64,000 nt of DNA from an uncultured Gemmatimonadaceae bacterium (GCA_963716745.1 OY970320.1:2752001-2816000), one strand, 5' to 3'. Positions 19,857 to 31,007 are shown, counted from the stretch's first letter. The notes: generated from the letters alone by a model not told the origin. A program made the numbers and translations.

Positions 19857-20319
19857 ATGGAGTGGTTCATCAAGGCGTTCATCCGCGCGAGCCTGCTCTG
19901 GTTCACCCTCGGCATCGCGCTCGGCGTCGCGATGAGCGCGCATCCTGGAGTGGGTGGTGTATCGCCCGGCGCACGCGCACATGAATGTCGTGGGCTTCCT
20001 GACGATGATGCTGTTCGGTGTGGGCTATCAATTGTTGCCGCGGTTGTTCGGTGGTCCGCTCTGGAGTGCGAAGCTTGCGATCGCGCATCTGTGGCTCGCG
20101 AACCTCGGACTCGCCGGCATGGTCGCCGGCTGGATGCTCGCGCCGCACATCGGCGCGGCGGGCAGCATGATCACCACCGTCGGCGGCTCGTTGTTCACGC
20201 TCGGCGCGGTGCTCTTCGTGATCAACTTGTGGCAGACATTCGACTCCGCCGACGCGCGCCACCGTCCACCGCCCGGCGCCGCCGCCCCGCCGCGCAAGCT
20301 GCCCACTATCGGGGAATGA
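19857..20319 (+). CDS. Small membrane protein resembling heme-copper oxidase subunit I fragments (frameshifted)
   Basis: Four TM segments; PAHAHMNVVGFLTMMLFG motif. Confidence 0.65.
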
Positions 20320-20867
20320 CCGTTTACACGATCGGGCACAGCACGCGTTCGATCGAGGAGTTCGTGGCTCTGTTGAAGCAGGTGGACGTCACACTCTTGG
20401 TGGACGTGCGCTCCATCCCGCGATCGCGCGCCGTGCCGCAATTCAACGGCGACGCATTGCCTGTCTCGCTCGCCGAGCACGGCATTGCGTACCAGCACCT
20501 CGCCGCACTCGGCGGCCGCCGCCATCACAAGAAAGGCGCGCCGCGTTCGCTCAACACCTATTGGAAGGTGGACGCCTTCCGCAATTACGCCGACTACGCC
20601 GAGACCGCCGAATTCCGCGCGGGCCTCGCCGAGCTGCGCACGCTCGCTGCAACTCAGCGCACCGCCATCATGTGCGCCGAAGCAGTCTGGTGGCGCTGCC
20701 ACCGCCGCATCATCACCGACTACCTCCTCGCCGCCGGCGACCAGGTGCAGCACATTATGGGGCAGGGCAGCGTTGTGCCCGCGTCACTGACCCCGGGCGC
20801 CGAGCCACTTCCGAACGGAGCGATTCGATATCCAGGCCCACCCGAACTATCTCTCGAAAGCTCCTAA
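20316..20867 (+). CDS. DUF488 family protein
   Basis: YTIGHSTR, VDVRSIPRSR, MCAEAVWWRCHRRII. Confidence 0.9.
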   Translation: MTVYTIGHSTRSIEEFVALLKQVDVTLLVDVRSIPRSRAVPQFNGDALPVSLAEHGIAYQHLAALGGRRHHKKGAPRSLNTYWKVDAFRNYADYAETAEFRAGLAELRTLAATQRTAIMCAEAVWWRCHRRIITDYLLAAGDQVQHIMGQGSVVPASLTPGAEPLPNGAIRYPGPPELSLESS

Positions 20868-20878
20868 CGCGTGGTTCT

Positions 20879-20917
20879 CGAATCCCGCGGCGAGTCCCGA
20901 GCCCCGCGTCCCGAACA
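20879..20917 (+). repeat. 39-bp direct repeat, copy 1
   Basis: CGAATCCCGCGGCGAGTCCCGAGCCCCGCGTCCCGAACA. Confidence 0.9.
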
Positions 20918-20927
20918 AGGATCAAGC

Positions 20928-21943
20928 ATGAGCCCCACAATTCGCACAACACTCTGCGTCGCCAGCGGACTCGTACTCGCCGCATGCTCGCAGCCCCCGA
21001 AGCCGCCAGTCGCCGAACAGCAGACCGCCGCTCCCACGTCGACCCCCGCGAATGTCTCGCACGGCGAGGCCGCCGTCGGCAACGCCGCAACGCCTCCGCC
21101 CGTCGATCCGAACGCTCCGCCTCCGGCCAAGTCGAAGCTCGTGCGCGTGCGCATCGAGATCAAGAACGCGCAGCTGACGCTCGATTCCGGCGTGGTGTAC
21201 GACGGCTGGACGTTCGACGGCCGGAGTCCCGGCCCGGTGATCCGCGCGACGCAGGGCGACACCGTGGACTTCACGCTCGTGAACAAGGCGCCGATGCCGC
21301 ACAGCATGGATTTCCACGCGGCCGAGATCGCGCCGAGCAAGTATTACACGAACGTGATGCCGAACGATTCCATTCATTACAGGTTCGTCGCTCACGTGCC
21401 GGGCGCGTTCTTGTATCACTGCGGCACCGCGCCGGTGGCCGCGCACATCGCGAACGGCATGGTGGGCGCGATCATCGTCGATCCCGCGCAGCCGCGCCCG
21501 GCCGCGCGCGAGTTCGTCTTCGTGCAGAGCGAATTCTACGCCGCGCCGCCGGCCGCGCCGGGCGGCATGCACTCGCTGGACTGGGAGAAGGTGCTGAACC
21601 AGGCGCCCGACTACGTGGTCTTCAACGGCCGCGTGGCGCAGTACGCGAAGCACCCGATCAAGGTGCCCGTGGGCGCGTTGCTGCGGTTGTATGTCGTGAA
21701 TGCCGGCCCGAACCGCGATCTCATCGTTCCATATCGTGGGCGCGATCTTCGAGAAGGCATATCCTCGACGGCAGCACCACCAATCCGCTCCAGGGTGTGC
21801 AGACCGTGAACGTCCCCGTCGGCGGCGGAGCGATATTCGAGGTCCGCCTAAGAGAAGCCGGCACCTACCCATTCGTGACTCACGCCTTCGCCGACGCCAC
21901 GAAGGGAGCGGTGGGAATGTTCGAAGCCGAGCCAGTAAACTGA
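20928..21943 (+). CDS. nirK: Copper-containing nitrite reductase-like lipoprotein (frameshifted near 3' end)
   Basis: Lipobox LAAC; PHSMDFH, YHC, HIANGM, SFHIVG, FVTH give type-1 and type-2 Cu ligands plus catalytic Asp/His. Confidence 0.75.
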
Positions 21944-21958
21944 CGCGCATTGGCATCC

Positions 21959-21997
21959 CGAATCCCGCGGCGAGTCCCGAGCCCCGCGTCCCGAACA
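21959..21997 (+). repeat. 39-bp direct repeat, copy 2
   Basis: Identical to 20879-20917. Confidence 0.9.
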
Positions 21998-22001
21998 TAG
22001 G

Positions 22002-23469
22002 ATGAGCTTGGGCTCGACACCGCGCACCGCCCTCGAAGTCCTCATTGCACTGACTCTCGGAGCAGTCGCGTGGGCGATTGGCGGCTCGCTTCGCTCGCCG
22101 GAGCTCCCGCCGAGCGCTGAGACGCTTCAAAGCCCGCGTCAACCGATTCAAACTCACGCGCAAGCCGTACATCCGCACCACGCTGCTCGCCGACTCCGCG
22201 ATCGAGATGCGCCGTGAAGTCGCACGCCGCCGAGCACGGCGAGCCCGTCGAGAGAACCTGGCAGCGCGTCGACGCGTACATCGACGAGATCGTCCCTCAC
22301 TTCAATATTTTCGCGTACTACCGCGCCGGCTACGTCGCGAGCCGCGCGGTGCTGAACTTCCTGTACAAGGTGAGCCTCGACTACGAGGATCTCCCGGCGC
22401 TCGACGCGCTGCCCGACGATTCCGTGGTCATTTACCTCATCAATCACAAGTCCAACGCGGACTACGTGCTGCTCGCGTACGTGCTCGCGGGCGACGTGTC
22501 CATCTCGTACGCCGTGGGCGAGTGGGCGCGCGCGTTCCCGCTGGAGTGGGTGTTCAAGAGTTTCGGCGCGTATTTCATTCGCCGTCACTATCGCGAGCCG
22601 CTCTATCACACCGTGCTCGAGCGCTACGTGCAGCTCATCACGCGGAACGGCGTGACGCAGGGGATCTTTCCCGAGGGCGGCCTGTCGCGCGACGGGCGGC
22701 TCAAGCCGGCGAAGATCGGGCTGCTCGACTACGCGCTGGGCGTCGCGAAGGATCCGGATGTCGCGAAGCGCATGGTGCTCATCCCGGTGGCGCTCAACTA
22801 CGACCGTGTGCTGGAGGACCGCACACTCATTCGCGAACTGCGCGCGAAGGAGGGCGGGGAACGGGTGGGCCGCGTGCGGCAGGCGCGCGAAGTGCTGCGG
22901 TACATCGGCTGGAACGTGGCGCGCACGCTCACCGGGCAAATGGAAGCGCTACGGCCGGGCGGCGGTGACCGTGGGGCGGCCGATGCGCATCGAGCCGTGG
23001 CTCGCGCGGCATCCGGGCATGCTGTCATTGCCGCGTGAGCAGCGGTTGCCGGTGGTGCAGGAGTTATGCGACGAGGTGATGGCGCGCATCGGCGCGATCG
23101 TGCCGGTGACGTCCGTGGCGCTCGCGTGCGCCGCGATCCAGAGCTTCGACCGGGATTTCATTCCGCGCGCGGAGCTGCTCGCGCGCATGGCGGAGATGCG
23201 CGATGTGCTCGTGGAACTCAACGCGCGAGTGCTGCGCGCCGACCGCGACATCGCCGAGACCTTCGACCGCGCCTGGCGGATGCTCGAAATGCGGCGCATG
23301 CTTGCGGAGACGGGCGGCGGGTACTCGGTGCTGCCGGGGAGCCGGGAGTTGATCAGTTACTACGCGAATGGCATCGCGCACTTGCTTGGCGATTTCGAGG
23401 CCGGGCATGCGTGCGAGGGATGCGCTGCCCATGGAACGCGTGACCGGGGGCGTGGCCGCGGCGCGCTGA
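22002..23469 (+). CDS. Glycerol-3-phosphate/lysophospholipid acyltransferase (PlsB/PlsC family), frameshifted
   Basis: NHKSNAD (HX4D), FGAYFIRR, FPEGGLSRDG. Confidence 0.85.
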
Positions 23470-23545
23470 GCGCGATCGGATCGCGTACAGTCGCGATTCA
23501 ATCGATGATGCTGGCCGCCGGCGGCGCGGCATTATGCATCTCGGC

Positions 23546-24658
23546 ATGCCCACCCCGCAAAAGCTGCTCGATGTGGTGCGCGAGCGACTGCAATTGCGCC
23601 GCGCGAGCCCGAACACGATCGAGGCTTACACCGGTTGGATCCGCCGCTACGTGCGTTTCCACGGCGGCCGCCATCCGCGCGCACTCGGCGAGCCCGAGGT
23701 GACCGCCTTCCTCTCCGAGCTGGCCACCCGGCGGCGCGTCGCCGCGTCCACGCAGAACCAGGCGCTCGCCGCGCTGCTCTTCCTGTATCAGGAAGTGCTC
23801 GGCGTCCCGGTCGGGAATCGCTCAAGGATGTCGTGCGCGCCAAGCGTCCGGCGCGCCGTCCGACCGTGATGTCGCGCGATGAGGTGCGCAGCCGTGCTCG
23901 GCGCAATGGATGGCGCGCCGCGGTTGATCGGCATGCTGATGTACGGTGCCGGGCTCCGGCTGCACGAGGCCTGTTCGCTGCGGGTGAAGGATCTCGACTT
24001 CGCGCGCGGCGAGATCATCGTGCGTCACGGCAAAGGCGGCCGCGATCGTCTCACCATGTTGCCACTTACCGCGCTCGACCCGCTCCACGAGCATCTCGAG
24101 CGCGTGCGGCGGCTGCATCAGCGCGAGTTGGCGGCGCGGCGCGGCTACGTCGCGCTCCCCGACGCCTTCGCGTTCGAAGTCGCCGGCGGCCGCGCGCAGC
24201 CTGGCCATGGCAGTGGGCCTTCCCCGCCACGCGCGGCTATCGCGACCCGGCCACCGGCAACTGGCTCCGTCATCATCTGCACGACACCGTCGTGCAGCGC
24301 GCCGTCGTCGCGGCCGCGCACCGCGCGGGACTGAGCAAACGAGTCACCACCCATACCTTCCGCCATTCGTTCGCGACCCACCTGCTCGAGAATCGGCTAC
24401 GATATCCGCACCGTGCAAGAACTGCTGGGCCACAAGGATGTGAGCACCACCATGATTTACACCCACGTCCTGAACAAGGGCGCGCGCGGCGTGCGCAGCC
24501 CCGCTGACCTGCTGGACGGGTCCCCTCCGAGCGAACCTCCCTCTGCGGAAGCTCAGCCCGGCGCCGGCGCTATGCGGACCGGCTCCGTCGGCATATTCAG
24601 GGGGCGAATCATCGATGGCAGAGGAGTCAAGTCACCATGGCGGCATGGGATGCGGTGA
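23546..24658 (+). CDS. intI: Integron integrase (frameshifted, probably by read errors)
   Basis: [42 protein letters not shown], IntI-specific patch ([19 protein letters not shown]), [30 protein letters not shown]. Confidence 0.95.
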
Positions 24659-24731
24659 GAAATCCCCAATGCGTCGAGTTGACTATGCGGACCCGTGGCT
24701 GCAAGGTTGATGGGGAAGGGATGCACTTCAC

Positions 24732-24752
24732 GTTGCATAATCCTAGTTAGGC
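24732..24752 (+). other. Putative attI site
   Basis: GTTAGGC core (24746-24752) preceded by degenerate inverse core GCATAAT; complementary to the GCCTAAC ending cassette 1. Confidence 0.65.
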
Positions 24753-24775
24753 CGCTCACCTGATTAGAGGCTGCC

Positions 24776-25331
24776 TTGTTGTCATTGAGTCGTAGCGCTC
24801 TCGACGCACTGCGGTTCTCGACTGATGTCGAGGGTCTGCTCCGTGGGGTGACCGCCATGACTCAGCCGACTTCGGTCTGCACGATTCGTGTCGATGACTG
24901 GTTTGACAGCAAGTGGTTGGGGTTCTCTGGCAAACTTGTCGGCGCGGTCGGCGTTTGGAATACCGAACTTACAGTACCCCCGTTCAATCCGAACCGAATT
25001 CGGGAGGAACGCTGGTTTGATGTTGGACGAGACGCTGCGGCCAGCGAGCCTGGAAGGAGGCCCGCCATTCATCGTACGATGCGTAGCGACAGCAATACGA
25101 CTCGCCAGATAGCGACCGTTGCGCCGCACGTGCTCTGCGGCTGGTATACGGCGAACTCGGCGGAGATTGGCCGCGGTGCTTTGATGGTCTACGCGCCGGT
25201 GGCCGAGGGCTATTGGGCTTGGTACGTCGCAGCGAGGAAGGGTGAGCCGTGGAAGGTGACTCGAAGTAAGGGCATCTCGACGCATAAGCTGGATACGCTC
25301 GTCGATCAAACTTGCCGCCAAGACGGCCTAA
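24776..25331 (+). CDS. Cassette 1 hypothetical protein
   Basis: Single ORF between attI and attC1; lower GC than core genes. Confidence 0.7.
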
Positions 25332-25418
25332 CTGCCGTTGCAGCCGACGGGTGAGCCATGGAGCGCTCGCTTCGCTCGCACTATTGTATCACCCGCGGCT
25401 GAACGCACTTCGTTAGGC
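25326..25418 (+). mobile_element. attC site 1
   Basis: GCCTAAC...TTGCAGCCGACGGGTGA...TCACCCGCGGCTGAA...GTTAGGC. Confidence 0.93.
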
Positions 25419-25445
25419 CGCAACCGAACTCTTTGTCAAGGTGAA

Positions 25446-26045
25446 ATGGGTACAGCAACTGAGGACGGCTCGAACGGATATGAGGCGGTCGCGAACATCT
25501 ACATTGCTGGACGAGGTACCCGTTCCCGCGTCGGCGACTCGATGGGTGCCGCGGTCGTCAAGGCCTGGGCAGATGCCTTTCCCCTTGGCGCGACGGTGCT
25601 CGAGGCGGCTCGGGTCCCGGTGAACCGAGCACGCGGATCCTCCAAGAGGCCGGGCTCACGACCTACGCAGTCGACGCGTCGCCGACCATGGTCGCAGCGT
25701 TCCGCGAACGATTTCCGGGGGTGCCGATCGAGAGAAATACAGTTGAGGTTCGGAGTTCTTCAACCGGACCTTTCGTGGCGTACTTGCCTGGGGGCTGTTG
25801 TTCTTACTCGACCGGCAGCGCAAGCGCTCGTCATCAGAAAGGTGGTGCGCGCACTTGCGCCCGGGGCGCTCTCTCTTCACTGCACAGCGGCAGCCCTTGG
25901 AATGGTTGGACGCCATGACCTAGCGCCGGTCGCGATCCCTCGGCGAGCACACGTATGAGCGATTGCTGCACGATGATGGCCTGGAGTGGGTCGACGGCGC
26001 CAGGACGAGGGCGAGAACCACTACTACTTCGTCGAGAAGGTGTAG
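25446..26045 (+). CDS. Cassette 2 class I SAM-dependent methyltransferase (frameshifted)
   Basis: GATVLE..G.G motif I, YAVDASPTMVAAFR, RALAPG. Confidence 0.7.
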
Positions 26046-26158
26046 GCAGATGTCTGCTTGGACAGGCTACGACGACCGAACCAACGTCCGACACTGGAAA
26101 TGGGTTGTCCAAGGCGCTCGGATCGATCTAACCGCCACTGAGTTTGACGCGCATTGCG

Positions 26159-26257
26159 GCCTAATCTATGTTTGCAGCCGACGAACGATTTAAGGATTGC
26201 GCATGCTGCGCATGCGCTTCTATTTGACTCGTTCGCAGCTGAACTGGGGCGTTAGGC
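26159..26257 (+). mobile_element. attC site 2 (divergent type)
   Basis: GCCTAAT..TTGCAGCCGACGAACGA...TCGTTCGCAGCTGAA..GTTAGGC. Confidence 0.85.
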
Positions 26258-26290
26258 GTCCCCAATCACAAGAGCCGGTGCGAGAGAGAG

Positions 26291-26715
26291 ATGACAGCAA
26301 CTAAAGAGATTCGAAAGCGCAGAGAGGAACTCGCCGGCCTGGCTCAGCGGGTCGCCAGGGAAGCGTACGGTCTGGAGCTGGAGTACTCAGTGGAGTCGAT
26401 TCACAAAGTCGAGACTATTCTCGGTCAACTGCATAAGGAGTTCCGGCGCACTAAAGACGATGACGGCATGAATGGCTTGGCTCTCTAGTTCTGGCGCCGG
26501 CATCATCAGAGTCATTGAGCTCCACTTCGGCGCTGGCACTTGGGCTCGCAATCACGCCTCGCTTGGGCCAGATACGTTTCCGTACAAATGGCAAGGCCGG
26601 GGCGTTCTTCCAATACGTATGGGTGCCAGAAGCGCATCTTCGACGGCTGGCCGACGACGTTTGGGCCAAGTTCCAGACTCTGGTGGTTCAGAAGGCCTCG
26701 CAGGGCTCCGCCTAA
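26291..26715 (+). CDS. Cassette 3 hypothetical protein (frameshifted)
   Basis: Collinear ORF pieces ending at the TAA within the attC3 inverse core. Confidence 0.7.
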
Positions 26716-26802
26716 CTGCCGTTGCAGCCGACGGGTGAGCTATCGAATGCTCGCTTCGCTCGCATTATTGTATCACCCGCAGCTGAACGCACTTCGTTAA
26801 AG
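26710..26802 (+). mobile_element. attC site 3
   Basis: Near-identical to attC1; GCCTAAC...GTTAAAG. Confidence 0.93.
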
Positions 26803-26878
26803 CGCGAAGCGACTGCTCACTTGAGGCAGAAACGCCCTACGAAACAGTCATCGACGTCGCCCGCGAAGGATTTGGCTC

Positions 26879-27402
26879 ATGGCGGTTCTCGGCAACGGGA
26901 TGTCGGCATCGCGATTGGCATTGATGTTCGACTACTTTCATCGGCATCCGACCCCCGTCGACGGCAAGTACCGGCCCGCTGTCGGCAAATTGACTGCCTC
27001 GTGCAGCGTCTGGTGGACGTCAGAGGCTTCGGTAGCACACACGTTGAGTACGCTCGCATGAGGGAAGCGTTGCGGACCGGCAAGTTCGTTGTCGTTGAGG
27101 GCGTGGTGTGGGACTACAAACCGGCGCCGGCCGAGGGGCATGCTTACGAAGAGTTCGACGTTGCGGGTCATCAGTATTCGTTTTCGGATTACGTGACCAT
27201 TGCCGGATACCACAAGTCACAATCGCACGGAGGATTGATCCACGAGGGGCTGCAAGTTAGAACGACGACGTCGGGGGGCAGATTGCCCGACTGGAGATCG
27301 GCGGAGCGGAGAGAATATGCCCGCTCCCTAGCAGAGCGTTGCCAATCGCGGAGCAAATCAGGGAGGCTTCCTTTCCTCTTAGGCGTTCACGGCGCGCCGT
27401 AA
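26879..27402 (+). CDS. Cassette 4 hypothetical protein (frameshifted)
   Basis: VVEGVVWDYKPAPAEGHAYEEFDVAG...GGLIHEGLQVR. Confidence 0.6.
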
Positions 27403-27489
27403 CTGCCGTTGGAGCTGACGGGTGAGGTATCGAATGCTCGCTCCGCTCGCATTACTGGATCACCCGCAGCACAACGCACTTCGTTAGCC
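27397..27489 (+). mobile_element. attC site 4
   Basis: CCGTAAC..TTGGAGCTGACGGGTGA...TCACCCGCAGCACAA..GTTAGCC. Confidence 0.9.
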
Positions 27490-27515
27490 CGAGCCACAGG
27501 GATCGTTGAGGAGCC

Positions 27516-27724
27516 ATGTTCGCGATACTCTTGACCGTCCTTTGGTACGCGATTTGGATCCCCGTCATGTTCCTCTGCTTGGTCGTGACCATCATTGGTC
27601 TCGTGGTAGGATCGAGGGCTCCATTCGAGCGAATGCCGCTCCTGACAAACTATTCAGAGGGTTGCTCGAGGTGTTCCGGGCCGCTCTTTGTGTCGTCCAG
27701 CGCCTATTCGACCGCTGGCCCTAA
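27516..27724 (+). CDS. Cassette 5 small membrane protein
   Basis: GAGGAG RBS, hydrophobic N-terminus, TAA in attC5 after a frame change. Confidence 0.6.
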
Positions 27725-27813
27725 CCGCCGTTGCAGCCGACAGGTGAGATCTCGAAGCTCGCTTCGCTCGCACTATTTGTTGATCACCCGCAGGTAAACG
27801 CACTTCGTTGTGC
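27719..27813 (+). mobile_element. attC site 5
   Basis: CCCTAAC..TTGCAGCCGACAGGTGA...TCACCCGCAGGTAAA..GTTGTGC. Confidence 0.88.
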
Positions 27814-27846
27814 AGACAACCGGTTCACAGACGAGGTGAAGAGATC

Positions 27847-28223
27847 ATGCAGAACTTCCTGTCAGAAGCTATCAGACCTTAGCATAGTTCTGGCGCTGAT
27901 CTGTGTCCCGCTCGGTACGGGTGCGATCTTCATCCCCCTTGGACGAGGATCGCGGAGCGGTTTCGAGCAACAGGAGATCTCTTTGGCCTTGGTGCGAATT
28001 TGCACTTGAATCGGGCGGTCTTCGCGCGTTTCGATGGTATCGAAGCGACGTGGGCGAACTTGCGGCGGCGCTTGAACGAAACGCTGATCAGCAGCGAATG
28101 CTCATTGCGACCCTCCGTGAGCAGGGGCGAATCGATCCTGCTCGAGGCGCGGATACGAGCGAGGGGCAGGATTACCACCCCTCATGCACCAGATTTGGCG
28201 CACGTCCGTTTGTGCGTGCGTGA
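27847..28223 (+). CDS. Probable cassette 6 hypothetical protein (frameshifted)
   Basis: Follows the attC5 core with GAGGTG RBS; no clear terminal attC. Confidence 0.4.
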
Positions 28224-28330
28224 AGAACAGCGCGCTTCGCAGAGACGTCACGGGATTCATCGCAAGCACACTGAGTTTCGACGGCCGATATCTCGTTAGC
28301 TGGAGACTGAAGATCAGAGGAGACGAACAG

Positions 28331-28787
28331 ATGACCAAAGTGACACCTTTCTGATGTTCAACGATCAGCTCGAAGCTGCCATGGCGTTCTACGCCAGCAC
28401 GTTCCCGGATTCTGAGATGAAGAACGTCGCCCGCACCGGCAAGGACGTCGCATCACTTCCGCCGAATTCGTCATTGGTGGTCAGTCCCTCATGGGCTATA
28501 ACTGGTGGCCGGTATTCAAATTCTCCGAAGGCATCTCGCTTCTTGTCGACTGCAAAGACCAAGAAGAAGTTGATTAGCTATTGGAGCAAGCTCATCAGCG
28601 GCGGCGCAACGCCATGCAGTGTGGCTGGATCGCCGTCCGATTCGGCATCACTTGGCAGATCGTCCCAAGGCGTTTCATGGAGCAGATGCAGAGACAAGAA
28701 CCCGAGGAGCAACAGGCGGTGATGGAACGATGATGAAGATGGCAAGCTCGACGGACGGCAATGGAAAGAGCATACGAGGACGCATAG
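28331..28787 (+). CDS. VOC/PhnB-like (3-demethylubiquinone methyltransferase family) protein, frameshifted
   Basis: KVTPFLMFNDQLEAAMAFYASTFPDS, GGPVFKFSEGIS, CGW, FGITWQIVP. Confidence 0.75.
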
Positions 28788-29111
28788 TGCTGTCCGACAT
28801 TATCTGCGGCGGGAAGCGGTTCTTCGAGGGCGCCCTGGCCACCGCTCCGCATCATGCGAGCGATCGGATTGGCGAGGACGCGGTGCGGGCGTTACAACTC
28901 TACGTCATCGCGCGACGCGAGTTCGCCGCCCGGCTCATCGACCGCGGGATGACCCCCCCCCGTTGCAGCGCGCTCATGCTCACGATGCATTTGCAGGTGC
29001 TTGGCCAGCGCGAGCCGACCCGCGGCTGAGCTGGCGGCTTCGGTGCTGCCCTGCGTGCGAGAGATGCGCTGCGGCTACAGCGCGCGACAGGGGGAGTGGG
29101 TGCTCTGCGAT

Positions 29112-30378
29112 GAGTATTAGTGCGACGACTCGCATGTAGCACGGCCACTGCGCGATCGAGCACGGAGTCGGCCGCGGGTGTTGGCGCGGATCCTGGAGTC
29201 GCCGCGACGGGCATGAGCGCATCCAACGCGAGCGCGTAGTCCAAGCAGAGCTGGTAGGCGCTGGACGAGAGCGACACGGTCATGTCTGAATACGGCCAAA
29301 CGGCGCCGAGGCTCGAATCGGGACCGCGAATGTGCTCCATCGGACGTCCCGACGGCCGCACGAAGGCGAAGGTCGTGATCTAGACTCGCTGATGCCCATC
29401 GCCATAGGGAACATTTCCTGGCCGTGCCCCTTCCCCATGACCGGTATTTTTTACCACCACGGCGCGGCGATTGTCCTGCAGGCTCGCGGCGACGAGTTCG
29501 CGACCGACTGCGTATATCCATCGATGAGCAGCGCCACGGGGAGCCTCGTGGTCATTCCTCGTTGTGCTGGGATGACCTGTATCGAATCATGGTAGCGAAA
29601 GGAGAAGACGGTGCCGGAATCGAGGAATCGATCGGCGACATTGAGGGCGGCGCGCACCAGCCCGCCGCGATTGACCCGCAGATCGAGCACGAGTGCCACC
29701 GCACCGGCCCTATCCACAGCGGCGATCGCGCTGTCCTACTCAACGGGCGTGCTGGCGGCGAAATGTTCGATGCGAACTTTTTCGATCCGTTGTTTGGCAT
29801 TGGCCATGTAGTCCCAATCGCCTGAATTTGAGGCGCCGAATGCCCCTGACGGTTGGCAGCGGAATCACCGCCCTCCGCACCGACACGCGAAGGTCTGCCT
29901 TGGCCAACGGGCGCGCGAGGGTGAGTCGCTACGGTCGTGCCACCAGGCCTCGGGAGACGCTCGTGATATCGTCCATTGATCGGGACGCCACGGCCCTGTC
30001 ATGGACCTCGAGCAGAACGTGGTTCACGCGGATACCGCCTTTGAGCGCTGGAGAGTTCTTGAAGACGCCGGTCACGCGTACTGTTGCGGATGCACTGTCG
30101 ATGGCGAGGCGCAGGCCGACCCCGGCGAACGAGCCCGAAACCGTACCATTGAGCTCGGCCCATTCCGCCGGTTCGAGATACTTGGGATATGCATCGAACG
30201 ATCTGATTATTCCATTGCGTGCAGCGACGCGCGGCTCTCATGGGTGATCGGCCGGACGTATTGCTTCCCGATGGTCGTGAGCAACTCCTCCATGGGCGGC
30301 CTCGGCGCTTCCAGTGGCCGGAGTTTGGCCGTTGCCGTGGCTGGGAGGCGCGTGACTACCAGTCAGAGGAGGATCATG
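29112..30378 (-). CDS. S41 (CtpA-like) carboxy-terminal peptidase, heavily frameshifted
   Basis: FAGVGL PDZ start, LVLDLRVNRGG, VALLIDG, SLQDNRRAVVV, GKG. Confidence 0.7.
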
Positions 30379-30491
30379 GTGCGCAGCGACCATCGGTTCG
30401 CTTCAATGGAAAACGCCTCGGTCGAGAGCGTTAATGATGGACCCGCAGGAGGGCCGTCCTGCGCCCTCTGCGTACTGCGTGGCGCCTTCGC

Positions 30492-30754
30492 TCAGCGATA
30501 GACGTCCCGGCGATGGCCGATCTTGACGACAATCACGACCACCAGAGCATCGTATGGATCTCATAGAGGATGCGGTAATTGCCCTTGGCGGACGCGGTAC
30601 CGCTCCTGGCCGGACAACGTCTTCGGCCCCCGGTGGGCGAGGGTCGGTGGCGAAGAGACTGGATGCGGCTGGCGACGCGGGCGCGGTCCTTCGGCGGGAG
30701 CTGCTCGAGTTCCTTGGCAGCCGAGCGCTTGATCTCGACCTTATAGCTTGCCAC
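30492..30754 (-). CDS. RelE/ParE family toxin (frameshifted)
   Basis: MASYKVEIKRSAAKEL..., YRIRQGNYRILYEI, VKIGHRRDVYR. Confidence 0.88.
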
Positions 30755-30972
30755 GACGCTTCAGATCTTTGAGCACCGCTTCAAAGGCGAGGGTCGGCTC
30801 CTTGGCACGTGCATCGTACGCTGCCAGGTCCTCAGCATCCTCGGCCAGGCTGGTCCGGATCGCCTGGTTCACGAGCTCGGAAATGCTCCGCTCGGTCGAG
30901 GCCGACCTTCACCGGCAGGGCCTTATGAAGGCTCGGGTCGAAATAGACGGTGGCGCGTTTCTGGCTCGGCAT
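30741..30972 (-). CDS. CopG/RHH family antitoxin (frameshifted)
   Basis: KRATVYFD..LHKAL..RSISELVNQAIRTSLAEDAEDLAA; overlaps the toxin start. Confidence 0.85.
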
Positions 30973-30978
30973 GCACGA

Positions 30979-31007
30979 AAGATAACGTTATGACGTCATG
31001 ACGTCAA
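30979..31007 (-). promoter_or_regulatory. TA promoter with palindromic operators
   Basis: Minus-strand TTGACG-N17-TATCTT; overlapped by ATAACGTTAT and two TGACGTCA palindromes. Confidence 0.8.

Noticed and set aside
23546..24658. Integrase pseudogene
   Set aside because: Catalytic motifs are retained and indel density resembles that in essential rpoC; status cannot be decided without polishing
25326..27813. CRISPR array
   Set aside because: Repeats are about 93 bp, separated by gene-sized intervals, have attC core structure, and no cas genes are present
28220..28301. Sixth attC site
   Set aside because: Only a GTTAGCT core is visible; no convincing inverse core or paired L boxes
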